Part shown: positions 1 through 13,056 of the stretch, piece by piece | How the letters are laid out: the number at the start of each line of letters is the position of its first letter | How positions within the stretch are numbered: position 1 is the stretch's first letter | Assembly: GCF_009914755.1 (NCBI RefSeq) | Contig: NC_060926.1 | Reading direction: 5' to 3' (one strand) | Source of the DNA: the human T2T-CHM13v2.0 reference genome, Homo sapiens | Length of the DNA: 64,000 nt | Position numbers and translations under genes: made by a program | The notes under the pieces: generated by a model | The model's input: the letters and a program-made list of their open reading frames with translations, nothing else | Told to the model about the DNA's origin: nothing | Database searches by the model: none

Positions 1-40
1 TGTTTATGTCTAGCTTAAAAACAATTCTAATTTTACTTAC

Positions 41-162
41 CAAATTACAATGGGCATGATAAAAAGAAGACTCACATCCACTGAAACCTCTTTGTCTTAG
101 AACATTTTGTGTTCAAATATATCAGTTCAGATATCATAGGAGAAAATTATTGTGTCAAACTA
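41..162 (-). pseudogene. Candidate pseudo-exon
   Basis: Strong donor TTG|gtaagt at 40/41 and weak acceptor ctttatag. Fragment TQNVLRQRGFSGCESSFYHAHCNL; stops in all frames. Confidence 0.3.
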
Positions 163-899
163 CTATAAAGTTATATAGTTAAATTTGAAACATCATGATT
201 TAAGGTGCTAAATATTGACATAATTCAATTATTTTCTTATTAGACAATTTCAATCATATTCCCAAAACAGCATTGTCTAAAAGCATTTGAGATGCTATGA
301 TTATATAGACTTCTATATTCTTATTCCAATGAGATTAGAATTTTCAAAATTTCTTCATGTTTGCCTTATACCTATTTGGTACTTTCTCAACTTCTTGAAC
401 TTTTCTCTTGTCAAAAACTTAATCTCTTTTATTCAATTTAAATATATTTAAATATATTTTATCACCTGAAAATTAGCTAATCTTAATAGGTGGCAAATGA
501 TTCCTGTAAATAATTCAGTACTGTTATGGTCTTCATTTTCAGGAAAAAAAAATTCACTAACAGGTATTTTAAGAATCTTTCAGCTTCAAGGTTATTTTTT
601 AGATAGAAAACAATGACTGAATTTATCAAAGTAATATCACAGTCTTTTTTCCCATAAAGACCTCTGCAGTAATTTTTAATAAACCAGTTATATTAGTTTA
701 AAAACAAAAAGCAAATGGGATCAGGTTTAAATAAGAATAAAAAACTGCTTGGAGGTACAAATGGAAGAATTCATAGAAAAAAAATGCTGGTTTTTGGAAA
801 TATCAAATACGTTTCCAGTTTATTTAGGCAAATGCATTAAATTTAATAATTTTCCGCAAGATAATAGCTATTCCTCTCTTCAGGTAGATTCATATATAT

Positions 900-3800
900 G
901 AAAATATCAGCTTAAAATTGTGAAGCCTCCTAGAGGGAGGGAAGCAGACAGAAGTTTAGGGGGACTGCAGTGTCTGAGGCATTCTTCCTTTAGGCCACCC
1001 ATTCTTACCTTAAGTCATATGGAAGGGATAAAACTGACTCTAGTCTTTTGTACCTCTCTGAGGGTAGACATTTCTAGCCAAAGCTGAGACATTAAATGCA
1101 AAAAGTGGGAGATACTAGAGAAATGCAAACACTGAAAATGAAAGACAATATCATTACTTATAACAGCAGAAGCAGAGCTAACATAGAAAAATAACAAGAA
1201 TATAAAAGAAACATTATAAACATTGTCAGAAGAATATAGGAGAACTGGAAAATACTGAAAAGAAAACAATTACTTTTTAAAAAGAGAAAGGATATAAAAT
1301 ATCATGACAAATAAAAATGTCACTGTATATGTTGAACAGCAGAACAGATTAATCTGAAGGAAAAAATAATGAGCTGAAACTTCAGGCCATAGAACTCTCT
1401 CAGAAGGTACCAAAAGGAAATTTAAAGAGAGAGAGAGAGAGAACAGTTGAGAGATGTGAAAAATAGGAGAAAATAGGAGAAGACAATAACGGTAAAAGTT
1501 AATGATGTAAAGAGTAAAAATGGACAGAAATAATTAACAAAACCACAAGCTTTGCAAAGACAGATTTCTGCAAACAAGGAAAAAAGATGAGTAGACTAAA
1601 AAATACAGAAAGGAAAATAGGAAATTTTATAGATGTTGTAAAAATTTTATTTAATAAAAGAATAACCAAGTAGGCATTATTACATTTAAATATGTAGCTA
1701 AAATTGATAACTTTCTGGGAAAATATATATGATAAATTAAAAAGAAGAAATTGGGAATGTAAATAAACCATTAATCATGAAAGACTTTGAAATGGCAATG
1801 AAAGCACTATCCCAGATACTTCACAAAATTCCCAAGATTGTATAGATATGTTTTACCGACATTTTTGGAACAGGTTATCTTTATATTAAATAAATTGTTC
1901 TAAAAAATAAAAAAATGTGGGGAGCTATTATTCCCTCAATCTAAACCATGTAAACCTTGAACTGGAAAATGATTATAATTTAGTTTTATAACTAACTATA
2001 AAACATATTTATACAAATCCTTAGCATAATATTAAGTAATCCAATAGCGTTTTAAAACCAATATAGTGTGAGTAAATACAATTTACTTCAAGAATTATTT
2101 AATGTCTGAAAAATCCATCAATATAAAATATTAATGACCTAAAGTATCCATCACATTCTCACCCGGAATGACACAAAAAACATAGGATCGTGAACGATAT
2201 CTTTTAATAAAAAAAATAAAAGCTTTAGAAATCTAAAACCAGCATTTTTCTTACTAGAAAAATGTTTTTTAAAAAATTCTATAGGAAATGCTACATTTGG
2301 AGAAAAATTTTCTGATGCGTTTCTTTGAAGGTTGAGAATAAGACAAAGATGATTGATGAACATCAATGTTCCTATGCTACTCAAGAGTTCTCTCTTACTA
2401 AATAAGGTAAAGAAAAGAAAGAGGAGGCCTAAATGCTAAGCAGAAAGAGGTATGACTGTTCTTTGTTTCATTTCATTTTGTAAATTATATGTTCACTTAC
2501 ATAGAAAATCTAAGGGAACAAATTTTAAAATCATTAGAACTAATAAGAGAACTCAGCAAGTTTGCAAGATTACAAAATAAAATCACACCCGAAACCAATT
2601 AGAAGATGTAATAGAAAATAAGATTCCATTTACTATAACAACAAAATATATGTTATCTAGGAATTAATCGAACAATAACTGCATAAGGCCATCATAAATG
2701 AACTTAAAAGAAGTGCTGAATAAGTAGAAAGATATACATTGTTCATGGATGATATGGCTACATACTGTAAAGATGTAAATTCTCATCAAATCAATTTATA
2801 AATCCAATTCAACTCCATTTAAAATCCTTGCAGAGTTTTTTGTATCTAGACAACTGATTTTTTTTAAAAGACATGAAAGCAGCTAGGTCTATAATTGGCT
2901 GAAACAACTTTGGAAAATAACAAAAATTGATTATTTTTTTCCTAACAGATATTATAACACCAAGTCATTGTATAATATTTACAAATATGTGCAACAAATG
3001 CAGAAAAACATACAGTATAGTGCAATGGAATAAAAAGCCTTAAGACCAACTTCTACATATAAGGCAACTTGATGTAGGGATGATATTAAAAATCTAAATG
3101 CATTATTATGTAAATGTTAATTTACTAAATGATGTCAAGTAATAAATGACTCAGTACAGAGAGGAAATTCTCTAATACTGTTACAAAAAGAGGCTCCAAA
3201 TTTCCACCTATGTGTGAAGGTTTGAAACCTTAAAAAATGATGCAAATGTTTTTGTGGCAATAGGGTAAAGTAACTGATAATATTTAAGTTAAGGATTTTG
3301 AATATAATGACATCAATGACAAATTGGGAAAGATATTTGTGATATTTTAAATCTAACAGAGGGCTGATTTTTATATATAATATTTACAAAATAGAAAAAT
3401 AAAGACTTTAAGTTAATAAGGAAATGTGCATACACAACCAATACATGAAAGGAGAAGCTACAATGAGTAAGGAGAATATAGAGAGATGATCTACTTCACT
3501 AGTAAGAATAAAATGCAACTTACAATGTCAATCAAATATTTCTATTAGAAAGTAAATGACACATAAATACCAATTGTTTATGATAATTAGGTAAAAAGGA
3601 ACCCAAGATAAACCTGAAAACCTATTCTGAAACGCAGTATTTTTTATGTATATACTATAGGTGTGTAATTCCAACCATTGGTATAAACTCCAGAGAAGTC
3701 CCTTGGAAATTCTGAGAGACTGAGTGAGAGTGAAGGGAGGACATGAAATATTATGCTGGGACACAGGCATAAACCAAGTATGTCTTAGGTGAACAAAACA

Positions 3801-4200
3801 GACCATCTGGGCATGCTATATATAGAAAACTACTCATCATAACAGAGTTAATGTTAGAATATGTTGGATTCAGCTTAGGTGTCTGTCACTAGGAGACTCT
3901 ATAAATAATATGTGGTATATGCATAGACATATAATGGAATGTTATCCAGGAGAAGTGCAGCCAAAACTATACATCTTAAAAATAAAATACAGAATGAAAA
4001 ATATAAGAAAGATAATTATCTTTATAACAATACCATTTGGTTACATTAACACCAAATGTATACAGATGAACTCTGTGCATGGTTTCAAAAACATTATATT
4101 TATATATACACAAGCAATTTATGAGAGATATATGAAAAGAATTTTCAGTATAGAAATTAGAATGGATACCCATGCAGGGAGGGCAATGTGATTGAGATTT
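900..4200 (+). mobile_element. Old fragmented L1 (L1M-type) with ORF1, ORF2 and 3' remnants
   Basis: A-rich, with L1 ORF2-like segments such as gatatacattgttcatggat...aatcaatttataaatccaattcaactcc (~2730-2820). Boundaries approximate. Confidence 0.75.
3660..3818. mobile_element. hAT-Blackjack-like MER fragment (MER81/MER94-like) nested in L1
   Basis: End resembles the ...gggacacaggcataaacc...ggcaaaccgggacgtatggtcaccct-type terminus. Confidence 0.4.
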
Positions 4201-4569
4201 AAAAAACAAGAGGAAATAACGGAACAAAATTAAACATCAGAAGGGCTTTGCATAAGCAGTTAATGAAATTACAAGGACAGAGTCTTTTGAGGATTATTTT
4301 TATTGATGCCATTCAGATGTCCAGGGGAGTGCCTGGCACATAGTAAATGTTCATTAATATGAGTGAATGAAGATTATCATCAGATAAATTCTGTGTGTCC
4401 AAGATCCTACAAAAGGATAATTAAAAAGAAATAATTTGGTTTTCCTTATTTTACTCATGTTAATTTTTAATGCAAGCTAATACAAAATCAACATGCTAAA
4501 CACGTATTTGGGGGATTAATATAATGATCAGACTATCCATTTTTGTGCTACTATCAATTGTTTTAATTA

Positions 4570-4900
4570 TTCAGGCTTACAATGTCTTGCATCTAATGCT
4601 TAACTAAATTTTCTCATTAATTCCAAAAGTTTTTAAGCAGATTCTCTTGGGTTTTCTTGGTGTATAATCACATTGTCTACAAATAATGAAAATTTTGTCT
4701 CTTCATAATCATTTCATGTCTTGTTGCATTGTCAGAATATTAATTGTGACAGCATTTTCTTTCTTTTGTTGTTCATAATCGAATTATCACTAGTTTTTCA
4801 CATCTTAATTATGGCGTTGACTTCGGCTTAATAGAGATCTTAAGCACGCCAAAGAAATACATTATGCCCAAATATCTAAAGTTTTACATTTTAAAAAATT
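4570..4900 (-). mobile_element. L1 fragment, antisense
   Basis: gattctcttgggttttcttggtgtataatcacattgtctacaaataatgaaaattttg resembles the reverse strand of L1 ORF2. Confidence 0.6.
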
Positions 4901-5262
4901 AGAAAGTTGTTCCACTTTTTAACTTTCAAATCTACTGTCTCATAATACCTTTATGAGAAAATACGTGTTCATAATTTAAAACTCTTCTTGACAATATGAG
5001 ACATGTTATCAAATGACAAACAGGAAATGAGGACTTTTACATAGAAAAATAATGTTGCTGTGCAAAAGTTATAGCTTATGTTAAATATGGCCTTTAAATA
5101 CTTTAAATGAATGAAATGAAAGGTTCTATACATATGTAGAGCTAATACATACCGTAAAATTTCTATTTTGTATTAACCTGTCAAATTTATTGATTCCCTA
5201 GCCACATCACAACTTTATAATTAGATCTTAATATTTCAAAATTCCATCTAGGATGTATATAC

Positions 5263-5294
5263 CATTTATGAGATTTCTCTTTAAATCTCCGATT
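5263..5294 (-). pseudogene. Candidate pseudo-exon, 32 nt
   Basis: Acceptor tgtctctgttttcttag, donor ATG|gtatat. Open frames (IGDLKRNLIN or NRRFKEKSHK). Confidence 0.4.
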
Positions 5295-5496
5295 CTAAGA
5301 AAACAGAGACAATTGATGGCCAAGAAACTACCTGTGGATGGAGTAAGTTTGGCATAAGTTAATGTTTCACATGCTTTTTAGAAGAAACCATTTGTTAAGA
5401 TCATCTCCAAAGTTGAATCAGGCAAAATCTGCATTCCCAATAGCAAAAACCATCAGTAGATCAAGAATTTAGTTTATGTTTACCACCTGGGTTTAC

Positions 5497-5663
5497 CTGA
5501 CACCCAAACTGAATGATTCATTCGATTTTGTTAAAAAGTCACTCATCTTAGTGATAATTTTTCATTATTAAACCCTTTGCTGTCTGTAGCAAGGATTAAT
5601 TATCAATCCAACTTCATCTTTCCCTGCAGAAGTCATTTTTATGCTTTTTTTCCCCCATGGTCC
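5497..5663 (-). pseudogene. Candidate pseudo-exon
   Basis: Acceptor ttctttttattag, donor CAG|gtaaac. GPWGKKSIKMTSAGKDEVGLIINPCYRQQRV*, then frameshifted. Confidence 0.4.
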
Positions 5664-5944
5664 CTAATAAAAAGAATTTAAAATAGTGGTACTTAGCAAA
5701 ACAATCTGATTAGATCCTGGTTGATTTAAAGCTTGTCAGAGTAAAGAACATGTTTCAAAATTCTTTTGTGATCTTTGCTTTGTGACATAGATAGTATTCT
5801 TTAGAGATTTTATTTTTAGTAGAATAATTATAGAAACACCCATCATCCACATTCCACAACTTTCAACATTATGAGTTTTTAAGTAAAAATGGTCATTTTA
5901 TTTTTAATTCATGATTTCTAGATAATATACTCTAGGATCTGTAG

Positions 5945-6033
5945 CATATATATACATTCCTATATATATATATGTGTGTGTGTGTATATGTGTGTATGTA
6001 TATATATATATATATAGTTCTGCCCTAGCATAA

Positions 6034-6079
<46 letters not shown>
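5945..6079. repeat. Compound (TA)n/(TG)n microsatellite, including (TG)21 at 6038-6079
   Basis: Direct inspection. Confidence 0.95.
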
Positions 6080-6081
<2 letters not shown>

Positions 6082-7230
6082 CATGTACACAAAAGTAGTC
6101 CTCAAAATTCTCATTCCTGGCACAGTTCAATAGGTGGAGGAAAATAGGTTAACCAGCAAAGCACTAAGAGGCATCCATTGCATACCTGTCCCTCTGGTCC
6201 CCAAGCATTCACCCAGACTAATAAGAATTTCCTGAAGCATGTACAGTTATACTTATTTGATGAGTCTGGAATGCTTTATTTTTTTCCTCCTTAAAAATCA
6301 AAGGAATCCTACAGATGCTGACATTAAACATACTGATGGGAATTATGATCATATGTCAGAAAAATATATAACTCCTTTGGGCTCTGTAAGAAGCTGACAG
6401 CCTTCCCATAAAATATTAACTGCTCACAATAAAATCCCTTCACAAGGAGTGAGAGGTTAGTAGAAAGAATCTGGAAGCCCTCAACAATGAATTTCGATTA
6501 ACTGGGTGACTTGAATTCCCTTGTTCTAGTTGTTTTCAGTCTTTATAAAGTTGGATAAAAATGCATAGAAATCACTGGCGTATATTCATTTGGCAAATGT
6601 TTGAAAGACATAAAAATGTGAATGCCCTCATCTAAAAGGAATATATGAATAATAAATTGGTCATATTACATTTGGCAGAAATGGAGAAGGTGAAGCAATA
6701 TTGTTCCATTAACTCCAAGAAAGGTCAAGAGGTTGTCACCTTGGTGACCATCCCCTAGGTATGTACAACACAACCCTCCCTTTCTCTAAATTCAGTTGGT
6801 GTCTCTTTCATAAATGCTATTTCCTATTCTGCTATACACTGAAATATACTGTACTCAGGAATATTTTTATTAGGCTTTATTCTATAGTTATTCATGTAAA
6901 TAAGAAATTTAGATAGCTGTGTGAAAATTTGCCAGTGTGAAAAATCGAAACACAGCTTGGAATAAAATGCATTAGCAATGCAAACATAAAATTAGATTTC
7001 CCAGGAAATACTCATACCAAATAAAGTAATGAAAACATCAGATGGGCATTGAGTACCTTACCTATATATCTTAAAAAACAGTAAATTAGTTCCAAATTGG
7101 ACAGGAGTTTGTTATTGTTTTAGTTTTACAATTAAGTCCCCGAGAGTAATAACAATAAGGAATTGCTGTTTCCTTAAGTGCTTTCCGCCACATGGACAAG
7201 GTCAGTCCAAATATATCCAAATAGACATAC

Positions 7231-7527
7231 CTATCAGGAAAGCCACTTTTTCTTGCAAATGGACCCTAAATTAGGCTAGACTTTTCTGATAATAATTCCC
7301 TGCTCTCAAGAGAGTGAGAATTGCTTTCTTGAGTAGAGTTTTCAGAATTTGATATAATCTACAAAGTTCAATTTTAAAGCGGTGGCCCAAAACCTCATTG
7401 TTTCCAATCCTAATACACTTGAGGAATTAGCCATAATCCTATCAAATAAAGTTGAGATGTCCCCCAAATCCTAATTTTTATCCCCCTACTATAAGAATCA
7501 ATAAATTCATCTTTTAAAAACGGTGTT
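7231..7527 (-). pseudogene. Pseudo-exon encoding a Tudor-like core, 297 nt
   Basis: Acceptor ctacctattctag, donor TAG|gtatgt. TPFLKDEFIDSYSRGIKIRIWGTSQLYLI[1-nt shift]DYG*FLKCIRIGNNEVLGHRF resembles DxxWYRGxI...VxLIDYG. Confidence 0.65.
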
Positions 7528-7879
7528 CTAGAATAGGTAGTTGTGATTAATAAAGGGGTTAACGGTATGGTCAGTTGCAGTGATTTGCACTGAATTCATC
7601 TTTAAAATCTAATGACACTGCTATTTTTATTAGATGGGGTCTTATATTAGCACAAGAGTTTTGTCTTTTGGTAATGACAAAATACCTGTCTTTACATCTT
7701 GGCTTGGAAATTTATTGACTTGACCTTCCTTCAAAATGAATATTATTCAAATATATAGTCAACATTTATTGGGTGGTTAGCAGGATAAAGTGATCTTTCT
7801 AATAGTAAAAATTATATATACAAACATGCATATATGATAGGCTTCTAAAATATGTGTTCACATAAGGCAGGCAAACAGG

Positions 7880-8330
7880 TAAGAGTAGTTAAAATAACTC
7901 TGCAATGAAAATAGCAATGTGGTGCCTGACAACATAAGAGTTATTAAAATGTAATACAAGAAATAATAATCACAGAAATATTGAAATATAAGTAAATAAT
8001 TTTAGCAATGAAGAAAGAGACCAATAGGTCAATAGAACAGAGCAAAAGTGAGAAGAGATTCAAGTACATATGGAAATTAACATATAATAAAACAGCATTT
8101 CGAGTAATTTGGGAAAACACAATTTTGTTTTGTTGATCCAGCTAGCTAGCAAGCCATGAAGTAAAAATTAAATAAAGCTGAACCTATAAAATAAACTACA
8201 AATGGGTCAAAGTTTTGTAAAAAAATACAAAAAATTAAAAATGCCAAAAGAAAACCAGTACATATTGTTTTTAAAAAATCTAACAGGAGAGAAGAACATT
8301 CTAAGTATAGTTAAAAAAAAAAGAAATGAA
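7880..8330 (+). mobile_element. L1 ORF2 fragment
   Basis: agaccaataggtcaatagaacagagc...tacatatggaaatta...ctagcaagccatgaagtaaaaattaaa is L1-like. Confidence 0.6.
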
Positions 8331-8565
8331 AAAAACTTTGGAGGCCAGAATAAATTGTGAATACATCATTATCATATGGTGCATCTCAGTTCCATTACAA
8401 ATATATACATTAAAAAAATGGAAATAAAGAAAAACAATATCTATAGGCTGCTTCCCATGGAAATTACATGCATATATGATTCTCTTTATTATATTGATAT
8501 TAAAAGCTCTGGTGGTTGTTAGCTACCCATCCAAAAATTAATAAAATGAAAACAAATAAACTCAT

Positions 8566-8886
8566 GGATTTAATATCTACAGATTCTACAAAGCTGTTTT
8601 ATTTCTTTGGATCCTGGTAATAAGGACTGTGAATGTTAAGGGAGGATCATTTATTGACGTATCTGGGATGCCTGGATTGTAAGTGCCTTGCAAACAACCT
8701 GTTCTTAAAAAGCTGCCCACCATCACCATTTAAGTTATAACGGTTATGAAGAATCACGCAATAGAAAAAATAATGATATGTACTTTAATTGTGAAATACT
8801 CAATCTCAATTGTGCCTATTCTATTTATGTTAATGTTTCTCCACGTTCTACAGATGAATGTTTTGTATATTTTCAAGTACTGCACT
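8566..8886 (-). pseudogene. Pseudo-exon, Tudor N-terminal strand/helix-like
   Basis: Acceptor cttctctttgtag. Mixed frames give NRIGTIEIEYFTIK / HYFFYCVILHNRYNLN / MVM, resembling FYCQLxxNxxxLxxLM. Donor possibly decayed (C|atgagt). Confidence 0.45.
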
Positions 8887-9094
8887 CTACAAAGAGAAGT
8901 TTTATTTTTTTGCTATTAGTCAAAATTTTGAAGTGTATATGTATGTTGTCTCGGTATTGTTATGAAGCAAAACAAAAACTCTTTAAAGCTAAATATCAAT
9001 ACAAATTATATGTAACTATCATAATTAAGGGTGCCAATGCGGTTCATATTTAAGCTTAAGTTTTTGCCTTATTTGAAAATCAATGTGGACTTAC

Positions 9095-9110
9095 ATCATT
9101 GTCAAATGAA
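9095..9110 (-). pseudogene. 16-nt microexon
   Basis: ctcattattttttttatcag|TTCATTTGACAATGAT|gtaagt: near-consensus splice sites on both sides. Confidence 0.55.
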
Positions 9111-11739
9111 CTGATAAAAAAAATAATGAGGCTACTATAAAGTGACATCTCTAGAAATGTAAATACAAAAGTTTGGTAGTGAACACAATAAAAAGAGAAC
9201 ATTATCCAACAAACATAAAGTATGCATTTCTGAGAAAAGAGTTTGAAAACTATACATATACATTTGAGTATTGGCACATTTATGTGGCTCAAGTCACATA
9301 TTGATATTTTATGATATATTTGTTGTGACTTGAGCCAGATAAATATTCCAATTATTAAATCCATGAAGCAATACATGTTTGCAAGGTTAAGACAGCTACT
9401 ATGATTACCTTAATTAAAAAATTTCCAGGTTATTTATGGGATAATACAAGAAAATTAAATTTATTATTCTGTAAAGTATGCAACAAACCATTAAACATTG
9501 CAATAAAATCAGTTGGTGCAAAAAGAAATGCAATTATGTTGCATTCATGTAAACCCTTTCATGAAGTAATTTCCAAATATCAATCATGACTGACATTTAT
9601 AATATAAACATGGAAGCAGCACTTACATTTTTAAAAAGCATGAGCAAGTTCCCACTATCTCACAAAGAGGAAAATGTTAAATCAGAACATCGTCATAATT
9701 GTGGCTGATAATTTCTAATCATTCAAATCTCAGAGCTCAATTTTGTGTAACAAAAGCAAGGGGGGAAAAAGCAATTGCCATTTCATCAGAAAGGGATATT
9801 TTATCATCTCTTTAAAATGTGACAATTTATTCTTAATTAACAACTCAATAAACGGCATTGCAAAGTTTTTCTAACACCATACATGAATAACTCGTAAGCA
9901 ATCAAGACATTAGATGAAAACTAAACGCAGGCACATCATAAAGTTTTGATGCTTTCCACCTGCATTACACATCTGTTGAAGTTGAATTTGTAGGAACTAT
10001 AAACTAGTCCATTGTCCATCATTTTGGAAAAAATAAAATATTCCCTTAATCCTTGATGTTTTAAAAATGTGGATGCCATAAAATTGTAAGTAGGAATATT
10101 GAACAACAATGGCATAAAGGGGAAAAATATTTATTAAAAACCTAGAAATGGATTGTGTATAAATACAATGAATAATAAACATTACTAATGTAAACTCATT
10201 TTCTTCTATAGAACAGTTTTTAGAAGTTAGCATAGAAAACATATTATCTGTACCTATTATTTTCTTTATTCTGATATGTATGGGATTCTTTTGATAGACA
10301 GATAAAAAGTCCTAAAAAAAATAGGCCTAGGCTTTGTAATTGCTGGGGAAGACAAACCTCTTCAAGTGAATATGCCTAAATTTATATAAGCATGAAGTAT
10401 GTAGTAAGTAATATAACAGATTAAGGATGGATTTCAGTTCAGTGGCAGAAGAAAAAAATGAACGAAATTTTGTTTTCTTTCTTTCAAAGGCAAGGTGTTG
10501 GGGTGCTAGGAAGAAGGTGGAGGCTGACCAATTCCCTCATCTGACAGGTTGTGTGAACATAAGGATTGGCTCTCAAGATGAAGCAGCCATTTGAAGCTTC
10601 CAAAGACCACTCGAGCATGACCATTCATTAAGAATTTCAATTTTGACAGAAGCAGATGTAACAGGTTTCTTTTTATCTCTGTTGTTCATAAAAAAAAACT
10701 GCCTAAAGAAGGGTGAATCTTCTCTGTTAGCCCCTTAACGGGATAAGACATTCGAATTAAGAAAATGAAATTGAAGAGGGATGATCTGCTTGGCATAAGA
10801 CAAGAAGGAGAGCTGAGTACTCTGAAGTGTAATCTTGCATGGGATTTGAGCAGAGGCTAGTGAGAAGAAAAGCAAAAGTAAATGGTATTGTGATCCCGGA
10901 AATGTTCAATGTAATCTGCCAAGCTCATACATGCTTTAGGTGAGTGATTTTCAGTGGTGAAAATTCTAAAAACAATAGTTTATATCAGATATTTTGTGAT
11001 GTGAACTGAAGCAACATTCCAATAATAAGCCTATGCCACAATTCCTGTTCTCCACTTGGGACTGGTAGAGACTGTTAGAGGTTTAGGGGTTACCCTGGCC
11101 ACAGTATTGAGGGGTTCAAGGCAAAACCACATGGATATCAAGAAGCAGATGACTCTCCTCCTCCCTTACGCCACATCCAAACAAGTGAAGTCTGGATTTT
11201 AAAAATACATTCATTTGTAATATTATTTCTTGGAATAAAACAACTATTTCATACTTGTTGAATTAATGACTAAAGAAAATACAAAAAGACTTTGCACTCA
11301 CAACCTGTATTAATTAATTCATCTTGAAAATAAAACTACTAATGGTAATCATATTTTAATGTAAAATAAAATCAGTTTAAACAAAACAAGACACCAATAT
11401 TAATAGCATGAAATATCCAGTTGTCTTAACTGAGTGTGCTATGTAAATGCAATTACCTTAAGTGCTTTCCCTTTTCATCCAAAAGAGAATTTGTTTATAC
11501 TATGTAGAGGCAAATACCATATATAAAAAATGTCTTCTGGTGATAAATGTTTTTCATTTTATGCAACCTTCTTGAATTGCATTTTGTGTGTTTACAAATA
11601 TATACCAAGCCTCCCAGATATTGGCAAAAGAAAAGTATAACCTATCCAAAAATCTTCCGTTTATATAAAATATACAAATTGCTGCTAAGAAATGACATAA
11701 CTTTATTCTATCAATTCTATAGTCTAAGCGTTTTAAAGT

Positions 11740-12010
11740 ATAGCTGGAAGGGATCTCAAAAGGATCATCTAATCCAGTATTAAGGCAAGAGCTTGTCTAA
11801 GCTATGCTAGACAGTAGGAGGCCCATTTCTTTTTTTATATTTTTGCTTCCTCAGACATGGGAAACCACTGTTCATACAAATTTCACCTAGCAACCATCAA
11901 AGGGTTTGAAAACAATTAATAGATCACTCCCCAGCTGCTACTTCTGAAAGCTAAACACAAATTCTTTAGCCATTTCCTGAGAAAACCCAGTTATCCAGAC
12001 TTCAACTATT
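11740..12010. mobile_element. L3/CR1-like remnant
   Basis: ctggaagggatctcaaaggatcatctaatcc and ctccccagc...aagctaaac...catttcct motifs. Confidence 0.45.
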
Positions 12011-12077
12011 TTTGTGACTATTCAGAACTGAGGTTTCTTTTCTTGCATTTTTAAAAATGTGAAAACCCAGAGGTATA

Positions 12078-12322
12078 CAAAACAAGGCAAAAAGAGCAAG
12101 GTGATGCACATTAGAAGAGAGAATGTATCTTATTACACAATGGATTTGGCTTCTTTCACAGCAGCACCATAATGCAGACTTAGGCACATCTCAGGGCTCA
12201 TGCTGAAAATCAGATCTCGCTCCCCGTTTCAACGATCTCCAGTTAGTTCTTCCTGAACTTGGCATTTTATTCAAGTTTAAACTTGTATTATTTTTATTAA
12301 GAGTGGTAAAATAATTAGTTTA
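12078..12322 (-). pseudogene. Pseudo-exon encoding a Tudor-like core
   Basis: Acceptor (t)14cctgtaatag. KCQVQEELTGDR*NGERDLIFSMSPEMCLSLHYGAAVKEAKSIV**DTFSLLMCITLLFLPCF resembles CxVxE..DxWxR...LxDYG...FxLP. Donor uncertain. Confidence 0.6.
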
Positions 12323-12349
12323 CTATTACAGGAAAAAAAAAAAAAAGTT

Positions 12350-12530
12350 TGAAGTCAGTGGCCTGGATCGGAATCTCTGCTGGTTGTGTGGCCTGGACTG
12401 TAATGTCCTCAACTCTAAAATGTGAAAATTATTCTCTACATTCTAGATTAGATAATTTGTGGGACTGTCTTAGAAGCCATATATAAATCACTACCACAGG
12501 GCCTGTTGTATAATAGCCATTCCACTAGAG
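12350..12530 (+). mobile_element. MIR
   Basis: gaagtcagtggcctggatcggaatct...ctctaaaatgtgaaaatt...agattagataa resembles the MIR core. Confidence 0.6.
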
Positions 12531-12759
12531 TTAACTTTCTACCCCAAATTGCTTCTTCCTGAAATATTTGCTGCCTGGTCACTTAAGTTAGAGGTATAAA
12601 GTCAACCTTCATTATTTCTTCTTTTTTAGCTTCCACTTCCAGTTATTTTTTTTTCCTTTCATCCCTAAGATATTATTTCAAGCCTTCATTATCATACAAT
12701 TAGAAGGTTGCAGTTGATTCCTAGCTTTCATTCCTCCACTCTTTTCCCTCTCCATTTTA

Positions 12760-13056
12760 TTTTATTTATTTATGTTTTGAGACAGGGTCTTGCTCTGTCA
12801 CCCAGGGTGAAGGGCAGTGGCATAATCATGGCTCAATGCAGCCTCAACCTCCCAGACTCAAGTGATCCTCCCACCTCAGCCTCCCGAGTAGTTGGGACTA
12901 TAGGTGTATGCCCAGCTAAATTAAAAAAAAAATTTTTGTAGACATGGGGTCTCAACATGTTGCCCAGGTTGGTCTTGAACTCCTGAGCTCAAGCTATCCT
13001 CCCGCCTCAACCTCCTAAAGTGCCAGGATTACAGGCATGAGCCACAGCACCCGACC
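12760..13056 (-). mobile_element. AluJ
   Basis: Full dimer, antisense. TSD cctctccatttta at 12747-12759 and 13057-13069. Confidence 0.95.

Noticed and set aside
5904-6092. His/Thr/Tyr-rich ORFs here and at 45660-45919
   Set aside because: Microsatellite translations.
8650-8770. RHLQSRHP resembling the BED finger of a hAT transposase
   Set aside because: The CxxC spacing is missing and there is no other transposase sequence or TIR. The segment is better explained as part of a Tudor-like pseudo-exon.
9508-9545. MADE1-like start (gttggtgcaaaagaaatgc)
   Set aside because: Only about 20 bp match and there is no second inverted arm.
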